From NCBI GenBank assembly GCA_041500865.1, contig JBGQMY010000026.1:1-12688 (forward strand): a stretch of DNA of 12,688 bases. Direction: 5' to 3'. Made by a program: the position numbers and the translations under genes. The notes under the pieces are model-generated. The model was not told the DNA's origin, did no database searches, and was given only the letters and a program-made list of their open reading frames with translations. This document shows positions 1 to 7,793 of this stretch, piece after piece. Position 1 is the first letter of the stretch. The number at the start of each line of letters is the position of its first letter. The stretch comes from Candidatus Micrarchaeia archaeon (GTDB lineage Archaea > Micrarchaeota > Micrarchaeia > Anstonellales > J096).

Positions 1-1
1 G

Positions 2-604
2 GTTGTCCTTTGCCTCGATGTTTGCGCCTTTTTCAAGCAATAAAGCGCAGGTTGGGGTATGCCCGCGCACTGCGGCCCACATGAGCGCAGTCCAGCCGTT
101 ATTATTCTTTACCTCGATGCTTGCGCCTTTTTCAAGCAATAAAGCGCAGGTTGGGGTGCGTCCGTACCATGCGGCATACATGAGCGCTGTCCTGCCGAGG
201 TTGTCCTTTGCCTCGATATTTGCGCCTTTTTCAAGCAGTAAAGCGCAGGTTGGGATGCGTCCGTTCCATGCGGCATGCATGAGCGCGGTCATGCCGGCGT
301 TGTCCTTTGCATCGATATTTGCGCCTTTTTCGAGCAGTAAAGCGCAGGTTGGGGTGCGTCCGTTCGCTGCGGCATACATGAGCGCAGTCCTACCGTCGTT
401 GTCCTTTGCCTCGATGCTTGCGCCAACCTTCAGCAGTCTCTCCGCTCTTTTTGTTTTGCCTGTTTTGGCAGCATCCAATAGCATATCATTGAGCCTCTTC
501 TGTTCTTCTTCGGATAATATCCTCTTTCCGCTCTTTATAATATCAGCTTTGAGATTAGCTGGTTTGGTTGCCGGCACATTGCCCTGAATTTTCCTTTCCT
601 GCAT
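2..604 (-). CDS. Ankyrin repeat protein (ANK-1), 3' end truncated by window edge
   Basis: Not in the ORF track because it runs off the edge. Manual minus-strand translation from ATG at 604: MQERKIQGNVPATKPANLKADIIKSGKRILSEEEQKRLNDMLLDAAKTGKTKRAERLLKVGASIEAKDNDGRTALMYAAANGRTPTCALLLEKGANIDAKDNAGMTALMHAAWNGRIPTCALLLEKGA..., an N-cap plus at least 4 canonical 33-aa repeats, open to position 2. Confidence 0.95.
   Translation of the reverse strand, partial: MQERKIQGNVPATKPANLKADIIKSGKRILSEEEQKRLNDMLLDAAKTGKTKRAERLLKVGASIEAKDNDGRTALMYAAANGRTPTCALLLEKGANIDAKDNAGMTALMHAAWNGRIPTCALLLEKGANIEAKDNLGRTALMYAAWYGRTPTCALLLEKGASIEVKNNNGWTALMWAAVRGHTPTCALLLEKGANIEAKDN
8..403 (-). repeat. Four tandem 99-bp ankyrin-coding repeats (403-305, 304-206, 205-107, 106-8); a fifth begins at 7
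   Basis: The block 'tgcgcctttttcRagcaRtaaagcgcaggttggg' recurs at an exact 99-nt period. Confidence 0.95.
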
Positions 605-633
605 GGCTTTATTGTGAATAAAAGGGGTTAAAA
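605..633 (-). promoter_or_regulatory. Putative TATA box plus CACAAT element for ANK-1 (leaderless-type spacing)
   Basis: Minus strand reads TTTTAA(633-628)-N11-CACAAT(616-611)-N6-ATG(604), the same spacing as upstream of four other ankyrin genes. Confidence 0.65.
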
Positions 634-658
634 GCACAACCATTCACATATGTGGATC

Positions 659-892
659 ATGGCCAAGGAAAAAATGAAGGTGTGCATTTTCGTAACGGCC
701 TCAACGCTAAAAGACCAGACATCCAGCCTGCCCGAAGCATGCAGGAAAAAGGGGTGCCTGGGCATCTTCAAGATTGACGAAGACCCCAAATGCAGGCTTT
801 TCATGGACAAGAAAGAGCTCAAGATAAGGCATGCCAGGGCAATGCGCAAGATACGGCAGCGGGATAAAGCTGCAAAAAAAGATAACGTTTAA
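659..892 (+). CDS. Small basic hypothetical protein with four Cys
   Basis: ORF fills the gap between two ankyrin genes. ATG 659 lies about 25 nt after TTAAAA (628-633); an alternative ATG is at 650. Pattern C-x18-C-x4-C-x11-C with a K/R-rich tail; no family recognised. Confidence 0.55.
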   Translation: MAKEKMKVCIFVTASTLKDQTSSLPEACRKKGCLGIFKIDEDPKCRLFMDKKELKIRHARAMRKIRQRDKAAKKDNV

Positions 893-916
893 ATCAGTTC
901 CTTATATGGCAGTTTC

Positions 917-1375
917 ATGGCAGGCAAAACACCGGCAAAAATGAAAATGGGCAAAGAAAAGCAGATGGAGCTGGACGAGGCCCTTTTGGCGGCAGCCAGC
1001 GAAGGCAGAACTGCGGATGCCAAAAAACTGATTGGCTCAGGCGCGGATGCCAATGCCAAAGATGGCGAAAAGTGGAGCGCGCTCATGTACGCTGCGTCAA
1101 ACGGGCATACCGATACGTGTGCTCTGCTGATTGAAAAAGGCGCGGATGTTGAAGCAAAGAACGAAACCGGCAAGACTGCCTTGATGTATGCAGCGGCAGA
1201 AGGCCATACAAAGACATGCGAATTATTGGTGGAAAATGGCACAAAAACAGGGGAAAGGAGCATCTGCGACATGACCGCGCTCATGTTTGCGGAATCAGGC
1301 AACAAGGCGGAAACTGCGGCATTCCTGAGGTCAGTGGAGGCCGGAACAGGACCAAGCAAAAAACGCAAAAAGTAG
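917..1375 (+). CDS. Ankyrin repeat protein (ANK-2)
   Basis: SALMYAASNGHTDTCALLIEKGADVEAK and GKTALMYAAAEGHTKTCELLVENG repeats. TTTAAA at 888-893 lies 23 nt before the ATG. Ends GPSKKRKK. Confidence 0.93.
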   Translation: MAGKTPAKMKMGKEKQMELDEALLAAASEGRTADAKKLIGSGADANAKDGEKWSALMYAASNGHTDTCALLIEKGADVEAKNETGKTALMYAAAEGHTKTCELLVENGTKTGERSICDMTALMFAESGNKAETAAFLRSVEAGTGPSKKRKK

Positions 1376-1422
1376 CGCAGGCAACGGCAACATTATTAAA
1401 GCATAAGAGGGAACTATCCAGC

Positions 1423-2283
1423 ATGAGGCTTAAGGAAATCGTGTTCATAGGCGTCGGCGGGGGAAGGACCGCAGTTATAAGGCAGTATAAGGACTTCGGG
1501 ACCGGCGGGTTCAGGATAAACGGGGATTTGAACATCTACGTGGACCCTGGCCCTGGCGCCGCAGTTTACTCCTCGCAGCTTGGCCAAAGCCTGGAAAACA
1601 TAGACATCCTGATAATCAGCCACAACCACCTTGACCACATGGGCGACGCGGAAGTGCTTGCAGAGGCCATGAACGGGTTCGGTTTTGAGAAGAAGGGCAT
1701 GCTGATAGCGTCTGACGCCTGCATAAACGGGCCGAAGGGGGACAGGGCGGACAGGGCGATGGACTCATACCACATGAAGATGTTCAAGGAAATAATGATA
1801 GGCAAGCCCGGGGAAAAGAAAAAAATAACAAAGAACGGGAAGTCCTTCGAGATTGAGTTCACTCCTACGAAGCACGAGGACCCGAGCGGCTTCGGGTTCG
1901 TCATCAGGGCGGAAAACGCGTCGATAGGCTACACGTCCGACACAGAATACATGAAGGGCCTGGAATCGCATTTCATGGGCGTGGACGTGCTTATACTCAA
2001 CGCAATAAAGATGCGCCACAAGGACAGCCTATACAAAGGCCACATGGCGGTCTTCCCGGACGCGGAAAATATCATAAAGGCAATAAGGCCGGACATTTCC
2101 GTATTAAACCACCTTGGCCACGAGATAATAAAGGAAGGCAGGATGGATGAGCTCAGGTTTGAGATGAACTCGAAAACCGGCGAACAGGTCATGATACCGC
2201 GGCAGGGCTACAAGGTAAACCTGTCCAACCCGCTGATGTTCCCAAAGAAATTCAAATTGCTGAAAGGGAGGAAAGGCCAATAG
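1423..2283 (+). CDS. MBL-fold metallo-hydrolase (archaeal PhnP/RNase Z-like group)
   Basis: Motifs FIGVGGGR, YVDPGPG, SHNHLDH (HxHxDH), TKHED, GYTSDT, GH and NH. Start moved from 1216 to ATG 1423, which follows TTATTAAA (1393-1400) and avoids overlap with ANK-2. Confidence 0.88.
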   Translation: MRLKEIVFIGVGGGRTAVIRQYKDFGTGGFRINGDLNIYVDPGPGAAVYSSQLGQSLENIDILIISHNHLDHMGDAEVLAEAMNGFGFEKKGMLIASDACINGPKGDRADRAMDSYHMKMFKEIMIGKPGEKKKITKNGKSFEIEFTPTKHEDPSGFGFVIRAENASIGYTSDTEYMKGLESHFMGVDVLILNAIKMRHKDSLYKGHMAVFPDAENIIKAIRPDISVLNHLGHEIIKEGRMDELRFEMNSKTGEQVMIPRQGYKVNLSNPLMFPKKFKLLKGRKGQ

Positions 2284-2285
2284 CT

Positions 2286-2314
2286 TTTTAGCACCTTTTG
2301 CGCATAATAGACGC
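2286..2314 (+). promoter_or_regulatory. Putative TATA box plus CATAAT element for ANK-3
   Basis: TTTTAG(2286-2291)-N11-CATAAT(2303-2308)-N6-ATG(2315). Confidence 0.55.
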
Positions 2315-3040
2315 ATGGCTCTGAAAGCGGGGGAATCAAAACTCTCCAAAGGCATGCGCAGGATAAGGGAGTTATTCCACAAGCCCAAATCCGAAAAGGC
2401 AAAGAGGATAAGCGGCTTGGAGCAGGCCAAGCTCAATATCAGCCTTTATTATGCAGTGCGAGGCAACGAACCAGATGAAATCCGCAGGCTGATTAAGGCA
2501 GGCGCGGATGTTGGCGCAACCTGGGAATCGGAGGTGCCGCTGCTGGCACATGCGGCATTCCTTGGCAATGCCGAATCCTGCAAAGCGCTCATAGAGGGCG
2601 GGGCTGACGCCAATGCAAAGGATAAGGTCGGCAGAACCATGCTGATGTATGCAGTACAAAAGGAAAGTTTCGGAATCTGCGCGTTGCTGGTTGAAAAAGG
2701 GGCGGATGTCAATATAAGGGACAAGGAAGGCATTAGCGCATTGCAGGAGGCGGCCGTCAGGAACGAACCAGATATATGCAAGCTGCTTATACTACATGGG
2801 GCAGACGCCAGTTCCGTCATTAAGGCATTAGATAACTTATACTATAACTGGCATTCCATGAAGGGGAATGGGGTGTGGGTTGGCCGTGCGGAACAAACCA
2901 AGAAATTTCTCGTAACTGCGCTTGATTTGGCAGGTTTTTTCGTTGGCGGCGTGGATTCGTTGCGCCACAGCCCGCGCAAGGCAGACAAGGGATACTCGCT
3001 TTTCATGGAAAGCTTTAATCTATGCATCTCGGGAAAATGA
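2315..3040 (+). CDS. Ankyrin repeat protein (ANK-3)
   Basis: About 4 repeats (LIKAGADV, LIEGGADANAKDKVGRTMLMYA, LVEKGADVNIRDKEGISALQEAA, LILHGAD), a basic N-terminal leader, and C-terminus FMESFNLCISGK. Confidence 0.92.
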   Translation: MALKAGESKLSKGMRRIRELFHKPKSEKAKRISGLEQAKLNISLYYAVRGNEPDEIRRLIKAGADVGATWESEVPLLAHAAFLGNAESCKALIEGGADANAKDKVGRTMLMYAVQKESFGICALLVEKGADVNIRDKEGISALQEAAVRNEPDICKLLILHGADASSVIKALDNLYYNWHSMKGNGVWVGRAEQTKKFLVTALDLAGFFVGGVDSLRHSPRKADKGYSLFMESFNLCISGK

Positions 3041-3045
3041 AAAAA

Positions 3046-3882
3046 TCAGGGCGCATCCTTGATTAGGTAAAGCAGCACGTATGCCGAGGCGAAGTTTATG
3101 GCGAAGCCGCCGACCATCGCGAGCAGCGTCATGATGTATCCTATGCATGGAATCAGGCTCAATACCATCACCGCAACCATGAAGGCGGCGGAGATGACGA
3201 ACATCACCAGCATGTAAGCCAGTATGTCCCATATCTTTGACCGCGCAAACGCGATGGAATAGAACAGGCTGCCGACCAGTCCCCTGTCAAGCCTCTGCCT
3301 TGAGAATACGTACGGGATGTATAGCATTGTCAGAAGCGAAACCGCAACCATGACAGCAAAGAAAACGACTATTGCAACCAATGCCATGATTGCAAACAAG
3401 ATGGATGAAAGGGCCTTGCCTGCAAGCAGGTAGATGGCATAGCCGATGCCGCCCAGCACCAGGCATAGCAGGACCAGTATAAGGAGCGAAACCACCCCAA
3501 CGAGGATGTTCGCAAGGAACAAACGCACGTATTTGTCCTTGACAGAGGCTATATAATCGCCTAAGCCGACCTCCCTGCCCTCCAGGGATGCCTTTGCATA
3601 CAGCATGTTGGCGACCGTCTGGAGCGGGGCTGAAAACACAGCGACCAGTATTATGAAGCCGTACATCAACGCCATCGCGCCAACCATGCCTGAAAGGTTT
3701 CCGCCTGTGGCCGCGCCTGCGGCAGCGAAAGAGGCAAAGAAGAACGCAAAATAGCACGCCATGAATATTGCCAGGAACGCGATGGAAATCGCAAAGTTCC
3801 ATAGCGCGCTGTATATGAAGTTGCGGGGCCTCTCCCTTATGGTCATAAACGCCTGCCGTATGACCTGAATCATGTCTGCCAT
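3046..3882 (-). CDS. Polytopic membrane protein of unknown function (about 6 TM helices)
   Basis: Long hydrophobic segments throughout, including a C-terminal 'LSLIPCIGYI' hairpin common in uncharacterised integral membrane proteins. Start placed at ATG 3882 (AGGAG upstream; about 23 nt from the TATA at 3905-3912); alternatives are 3897 and 3873. Confidence 0.8.
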   Translation of the reverse strand: MADMIQVIRQAFMTIRERPRNFIYSALWNFAISIAFLAIFMACYFAFFFASFAAAGAATGGNLSGMVGAMALMYGFIILVAVFSAPLQTVANMLYAKASLEGREVGLGDYIASVKDKYVRLFLANILVGVVSLLILVLLCLVLGGIGYAIYLLAGKALSSILFAIMALVAIVVFFAVMVAVSLLTMLYIPYVFSRQRLDRGLVGSLFYSIAFARSKIWDILAYMLVMFVISAAFMVAVMVLSLIPCIGYIMTLLAMVGGFAINFASAYVLLYLIKDAP

Positions 3883-3903
3883 GCGCTCCTGTTGCATGCG
3901 ACG

Positions 3904-3913
3904 GTTTTAAAAC
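3904..3913. promoter_or_regulatory. Palindromic TATA box GTTTTAAAAC between divergent genes
   Basis: Perfect 10-bp palindrome centred between ATG 3882 (-) and ATG 3936 (+), each about 22-23 nt from the TTTTAAAA core. Confidence 0.6.
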
Positions 3914-3935
3914 GTTCTGTGACAATTGCGGTCAT

Positions 3936-5459
3936 ATGAAACCAGGATACCACCATTGGGCGTACAGGCTTGCGAACGAGGTCGTTGAGCGGAACCCGGG
4001 CAAGCCGGAATATATTATACTTTCGGGCGCCACTACTTCCGGAACCCCGCATCTGGGCACTGTCTGCGAGTTCCTTTTCCCATATGCGGTGAAGAAGGCG
4101 CTGGATGACGTGGGAAAAAAGGCAAAGATGTATTTTGTCTTGGATATCCTTGATGCCTTTGACAAAATCCCGTCTTCCGTAAGGCAGTACGAAAAGGAGC
4201 TGGCGCCGCACCTTGGCAAGCCGCTGGAAAGCACGCCTGACCCGACCGGCACGGCCCCAAGCCTCGGGGAATACTTTTACCTGCAGATGAAGGATATCAT
4301 GGACAGGATGGGCGTTGAGGCGGAAGTCGTCAAGGCGTCTGGCCTGTACAAAAAAGGCCTTCCAACCCCATATGCGAAGATGGCGCTGGACAGGATTGAG
4401 CTGCTCAAGCAGATAGTCCAGGAGACAAGCGGAAGGGAGCTGAAAAAGGGCTGGACCCCGATAATGCCGATATGCGAACTGTGCGGCAAGGTTGCGACGA
4501 CAAGAGTGACATCCTTTGACAAGGATTATAATTGCGAATATGCCTGCGACGCAAAGCTGGACTACACTGAAGGCTGCGGAAACATTGGAAAGTTCAATTT
4601 GAACGAGCCTACGAAATACAAGATGGTATGGAGGCTGGATTGGCCTGCGCGCCAGGCATACATGGACGCTGACATAGAGGGCGGCGGGGTTGACCACTTC
4701 ACAAAAGGCGGAAGCTGGGACACCGCAGTCGCAATCCACAAAAAAATGTTCCAAAGGGAGCCTCCGGTAGGATTCAAATACGGCTTTGTGCTGCTTGAAG
4801 GGAAAAAGTTCAGCAAAAGCAAGGGCAACGGCATGTCCATGCCGGAAATGATAAGGCTCATACCGCCCAAGGTGATTGCATACCATCTGCTGAAGTTTGA
4901 CCTTGAGGAGAACATCAACTTCGACCCGCAGAAGGAAAGCATACTCGCGATAATAGAGGATTACGAGGCAGCAAGCAAAATAAGCGGAAATCCGGAAGAT
5001 ATGGGCAAGGCCGAAGTAAAAAAATATTTCGCGTATAAATTGGCGGGAAAGCGGGAGTGGGACTGCCTGTTCAGGGATGCGCTGATGTATTACCAGATAT
5101 CGAAGGACTGGAAAACTGTCGTTTCGCACTACGGCATAAGCGAAAGCGACGCAAGGGCGATTGCCCCATATGTTGAGGAATGGATAGCAAAGGGGTTCGT
5201 GCCTGACGATTACGACTTCAGCTATAAACCAACAAAGGCAGAAGGCGCCGCAAGGGAGTTCTTTGAAGCGCTGGACGCGTCCAAGGACGCTGAGGGCATC
5301 CACAACGCCATATACGACTTTGCCAAGTCAAGGGGCATGCCAGGCGGCGAGCTTTTCAGGGCGCTATACAAGGCCATGCTCGGCAAGGAAAGGGGCCCAA
5401 GGCTTGGAAAACTGGTTTACGCGATAGGCGCGGAAAAGGTGAAGGGGGATGTCCTTTGA
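3936..5459 (+). CDS. lysS: Lysine--tRNA ligase, class I
   Basis: HIGH-like SGTPHLGT, KMSKS-like KFSKSKG, Zn-knuckle PICELCGK...C...CG, WRLDWPARQ, EGGGVDH, and C-terminal anticodon domain LGKERGPRLG; 507 aa. Confidence 0.97.
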   Translation: MKPGYHHWAYRLANEVVERNPGKPEYIILSGATTSGTPHLGTVCEFLFPYAVKKALDDVGKKAKMYFVLDILDAFDKIPSSVRQYEKELAPHLGKPLESTPDPTGTAPSLGEYFYLQMKDIMDRMGVEAEVVKASGLYKKGLPTPYAKMALDRIELLKQIVQETSGRELKKGWTPIMPICELCGKVATTRVTSFDKDYNCEYACDAKLDYTEGCGNIGKFNLNEPTKYKMVWRLDWPARQAYMDADIEGGGVDHFTKGGSWDTAVAIHKKMFQREPPVGFKYGFVLLEGKKFSKSKGNGMSMPEMIRLIPPKVIAYHLLKFDLEENINFDPQKESILAIIEDYEAASKISGNPEDMGKAEVKKYFAYKLAGKREWDCLFRDALMYYQISKDWKTVVSHYGISESDARAIAPYVEEWIAKGFVPDDYDFSYKPTKAEGAAREFFEALDASKDAEGIHNAIYDFAKSRGMPGGELFRALYKAMLGKERGPRLGKLVYAIGAEKVKGDVL

Positions 5460-6049
5460 CAAAGATAGTGAAGATTGCCGAGAACTGGGACATTGCGTTT
5501 GACGAATGCGTGAAGGCCGTAAAGGCAGGGAAGCTGATTGTCTATCCAACCGACACCGTTTACGGCATAGGCGGAAACGCGCTTGACAAGGATGTTTTTG
5601 ACAATGTATGCGCGGCCAAGAGGCGCCCTGCATTTAATGCCGTTTCAGTAATGATACCTAACCTTGAGATGCTGCTGAAATATTTTGATGCCGGAGACGA
5701 AGAGCTGGATTACATAACAGCCAGCCTGCCTGGGCCGTTCACGTTCATCCTCAAGGCCAAGGCGCCGATGCCTGTCCAAAGCGCAAACGGAACCGTTGGC
5801 GTGAGGATACCGAACCACATCTTCATGAGGAAGGTGTGCTACGAGTCAAACGTTCCTATAATAACGACGTCAGCCAATCTCCACGGCCAGCCTGCGCCCG
5901 TACGCTTTTCAGACATACCGAAGGAGATGCTGGATGCGGCAGAAGTCGCAGTTGACGGCGGCGAGACCATGCTGAAGGGGCCGTCAACAGTCGTCAACAT
6001 AAGGGAAAGGAAGATTGAGAGAAAGGGCGTTGCGGACTTCTTGTTTTGA
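5456..6049 (+). CDS. tsaC: L-threonylcarbamoyladenylate synthase (TsaC/YrdC, Sua5/YciO/YrdC family, single domain)
   Basis: YPTDTVYGIG, KRRP, LPGPFTFIL, VGVRIP, TTSANLHG and PSTVV motifs. The TTG start overlaps the lysS stop (TTGA). Confidence 0.93.
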   Translation: MTKIVKIAENWDIAFDECVKAVKAGKLIVYPTDTVYGIGGNALDKDVFDNVCAAKRRPAFNAVSVMIPNLEMLLKYFDAGDEELDYITASLPGPFTFILKAKAPMPVQSANGTVGVRIPNHIFMRKVCYESNVPIITTSANLHGQPAPVRFSDIPKEMLDAAEVAVDGGETMLKGPSTVVNIRERKIERKGVADFLF

Positions 6050-6052
6050 GCG

Positions 6053-6496
6053 TCAAAGGTTGCGCCTTATCAGCCCGGATATTGAAATCAATTCCTTCTG
6101 CGGCGTAGGCTCCCTGCTTCCGGGCCTGTAAAGGAATTTTCTTGGCTCGTATCTTGTTATGCCCGCATCCCCCTTTTTCCTCGGAATCATGTGGATATGC
6201 AGGTGCCTCACGTTCTGGCCTGCGGATTTTCCCTCGTTCCATGCGTAGTTGAATCCGGTTGCGCCGAGCGATTTCCTCATTGCCGGTTCCAGCCTTTCCA
6301 TTATGCCAAGCATCGCCTCAAGCTCGTCCTTCCTAAGGCCCCATATTGTCGAGACCTTTCTTTTTGGGCAGATGAGGATGTGGCCCGGCACTATCGGGAT
6401 GTTGCTGGGAAATGCGAAAGCAAGGCCATTGTCCATTATGAGCCTTTCCCTTATCTCCTTCCTCCTTGCGCTGAAATACAGGGTTTGCCTTTTCAT
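6053..6496 (-). CDS. HIT family hydrolase
   Basis: PIVPGHILICPKR, GFNYAWNEGKSAGQNV and histidine triad HLHIHMIPR. ATGA overlap with the upstream signal peptidase stop. Confidence 0.93.
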   Translation of the reverse strand: MKRQTLYFSARRKEIRERLIMDNGLAFAFPSNIPIVPGHILICPKRKVSTIWGLRKDELEAMLGIMERLEPAMRKSLGATGFNYAWNEGKSAGQNVRHLHIHMIPRKKGDAGITRYEPRKFLYRPGSREPTPQKELISISGLIRRNL

Positions 6497-7470
6497 TTTA
6501 TCAGCTTTGTCCCGCAGATTGCGTCTTCCGTCACATACCCGACCAGGAAGAGCTTGTAGTATCCGAGATACGGAATCCTGAAAAGGACCCTTCCCCTTAC
6601 CTGGTCCGGGCTGGTGGGTGTGTTGAACATGCCGCCGATTGCGTTCGAATAGAACTGGATGTCAAAAATTTCGTTGTTGTCGCCTTTTGTAAGCAGGTAA
6701 GTGGCGTTTCCTGCGATGACCTTCACGACCGACCTGTGGACGATGTCGCCGGAAAGCGAAAACAGGTCATTTTGCTTCGGCGCATAGACGACGGTGTCGC
6801 TTGACCTGTCGCCCTGGACGCTGACTGTCTGGTTTTTGTATGACACCGAAACAGTGCAAGGCTCTGTGAAAAGCACGTCAGAGCTTGACGTGCTTGCCCT
6901 GTAGCATCTGCCGTAGGTGAAGGCAAACGGCCCCCTGCGCTCAATGAACAGTTCCGGATTATTGTAAAACAGGCTGCATGTTGGCGTGTCGTTCACGTTC
7001 TGGCAATAGCTGAACATGGAGCCATTGACCTCCATCGCCTTGTTGCTGAACGCCACGATGGGATTGCGGAACAGCGCCTGCGCGTCAGCCGGGCTTGCGG
7101 TTATCTCGTTTCCTATGTAGTTAGTCTCGCCTTTCACTATTATCATGTCGCCCCTGTTCAGCTCAGGGACCATTGAGCATGAAACGACTGCGCTTATGGG
7201 CGTTGGGGTTGAAAGCACGGCCTGCAATGCGAACCATGCGACAAGCGCGGCTATCACCGTGACTGCTATGTCCCACAGCTCGCTCTTCCACCCGTTGTTC
7301 CTTATGCCTTCTGAAAGCTCCAGCAGCACCATGGCCACAATTGCCAGCGCGGTCAGCAGCCCGAAAAACGGGCTCTTGGTGATTAGATAAAGCAAAAGCA
7401 GCGCAACTGCCACGCCTAACTGGAAATAGGAGTTCTGCAGGAGCAGCCTCTGTCTCTCATCCAGGAACAT
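6493..7470 (-). CDS. Signal peptidase I, archaeal/ER type (S26B, Sec11-like), with large internal insertion
   Basis: N-terminal TM helices; box B VVSCSMVPELNRGD, box D DIVHR, box E LTKGDNN; C-terminal GRVLFRIPYLGY. Confidence 0.9.
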   Translation of the reverse strand: MFLDERQRLLLQNSYFQLGVAVALLLLYLITKSPFFGLLTALAIVAMVLLELSEGIRNNGWKSELWDIAVTVIAALVAWFALQAVLSTPTPISAVVSCSMVPELNRGDMIIVKGETNYIGNEITASPADAQALFRNPIVAFSNKAMEVNGSMFSYCQNVNDTPTCSLFYNNPELFIERRGPFAFTYGRCYRASTSSSDVLFTEPCTVSVSYKNQTVSVQGDRSSDTVVYAPKQNDLFSLSGDIVHRSVVKVIAGNATYLLTKGDNNEIFDIQFYSNAIGGMFNTPTSPDQVRGRVLFRIPYLGYYKLFLVGYVTEDAICGTKLIK

Positions 7471-7471
7471 C

Positions 7472-7750
7472 TCATTCAGCTTTCTTCACTGCTTCCTTGA
7501 GCGAGCCGATGTCCTTCCTTATGTCGTCTATCGCATCCAGGAGCGCGGCCATCGCCTTGTGCTCCCCGGACGTCCTCAACACGACCTTGGGATAGCTCGC
7601 AAGCGGATGCTCCCAGTTGTACCCGGCGAACTCCACGTCGTCCCTCTGGTTGAGGTAATGGACCAGCATCTCCGGAACCGTGGGGTCTTTCCTCTTTATG
7701 AGCAGTTCAATCTCGTTCTTAGTGCTGCTGACGATACTTATCTCCATCAT
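7472..7750 (-). CDS. rpoL: DNA-directed RNA polymerase subunit L (Rpo11)
   Basis: About 92 aa, MEISIVSSTKNEIEL...DDVEFAGYNWEHPL...KVVLRT followed by a C-terminal helix. SD-like AAGGTGG directly upstream of ATG 7750 (alternative ATG 7747). Confidence 0.9.
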   Translation of the reverse strand: MMEISIVSSTKNEIELLIKRKDPTVPEMLVHYLNQRDDVEFAGYNWEHPLASYPKVVLRTSGEHKAMAALLDAIDDIRKDIGSLKEAVKKAE

Positions 7751-7783
7751 TTCCACCTTTCCAGATTGGAGTGATATGGAAGT

Positions 7784-7793
7784 GTTTATAAAC
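7784..7793. promoter_or_regulatory. Palindromic TATA box GTTTATAAAC between divergent rpoL and DUF373 genes
   Basis: TTTATAAA at 7785-7792 lies within TGTTTATAAACA, 22 nt before GTG 7815 (+) and 34 nt from the rpoL ATG (-). Confidence 0.65.

Noticed and set aside
8..403. 99-bp repeats as a CRISPR array or as the target of a diversity-generating retroelement
   Set aside because: The units are in-frame coding repeats without unique spacers. Differences are not confined to adenines, and no cas gene, reverse transcriptase or template repeat is present in the window.
3..587. 194-aa plus-strand ORF with repeats, and similar antisense ORFs (889-1368, 2449-2820, 9065-9589, 9978-10805)
   Set aside because: These are antisense shadows of ankyrin genes; the opposite strand gives recognisable ankyrin motifs.
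1216..1422. N-terminal extension of the MBL hydrolase in the ORF track
   Set aside because: It overlaps ANK-2 in another frame; the family N-terminus and a TATA box support ATG 1423.
3870..5303. 477-aa minus-strand ORF
   Set aside because: It is antisense to the unambiguous lysS and has no recognisable motifs.
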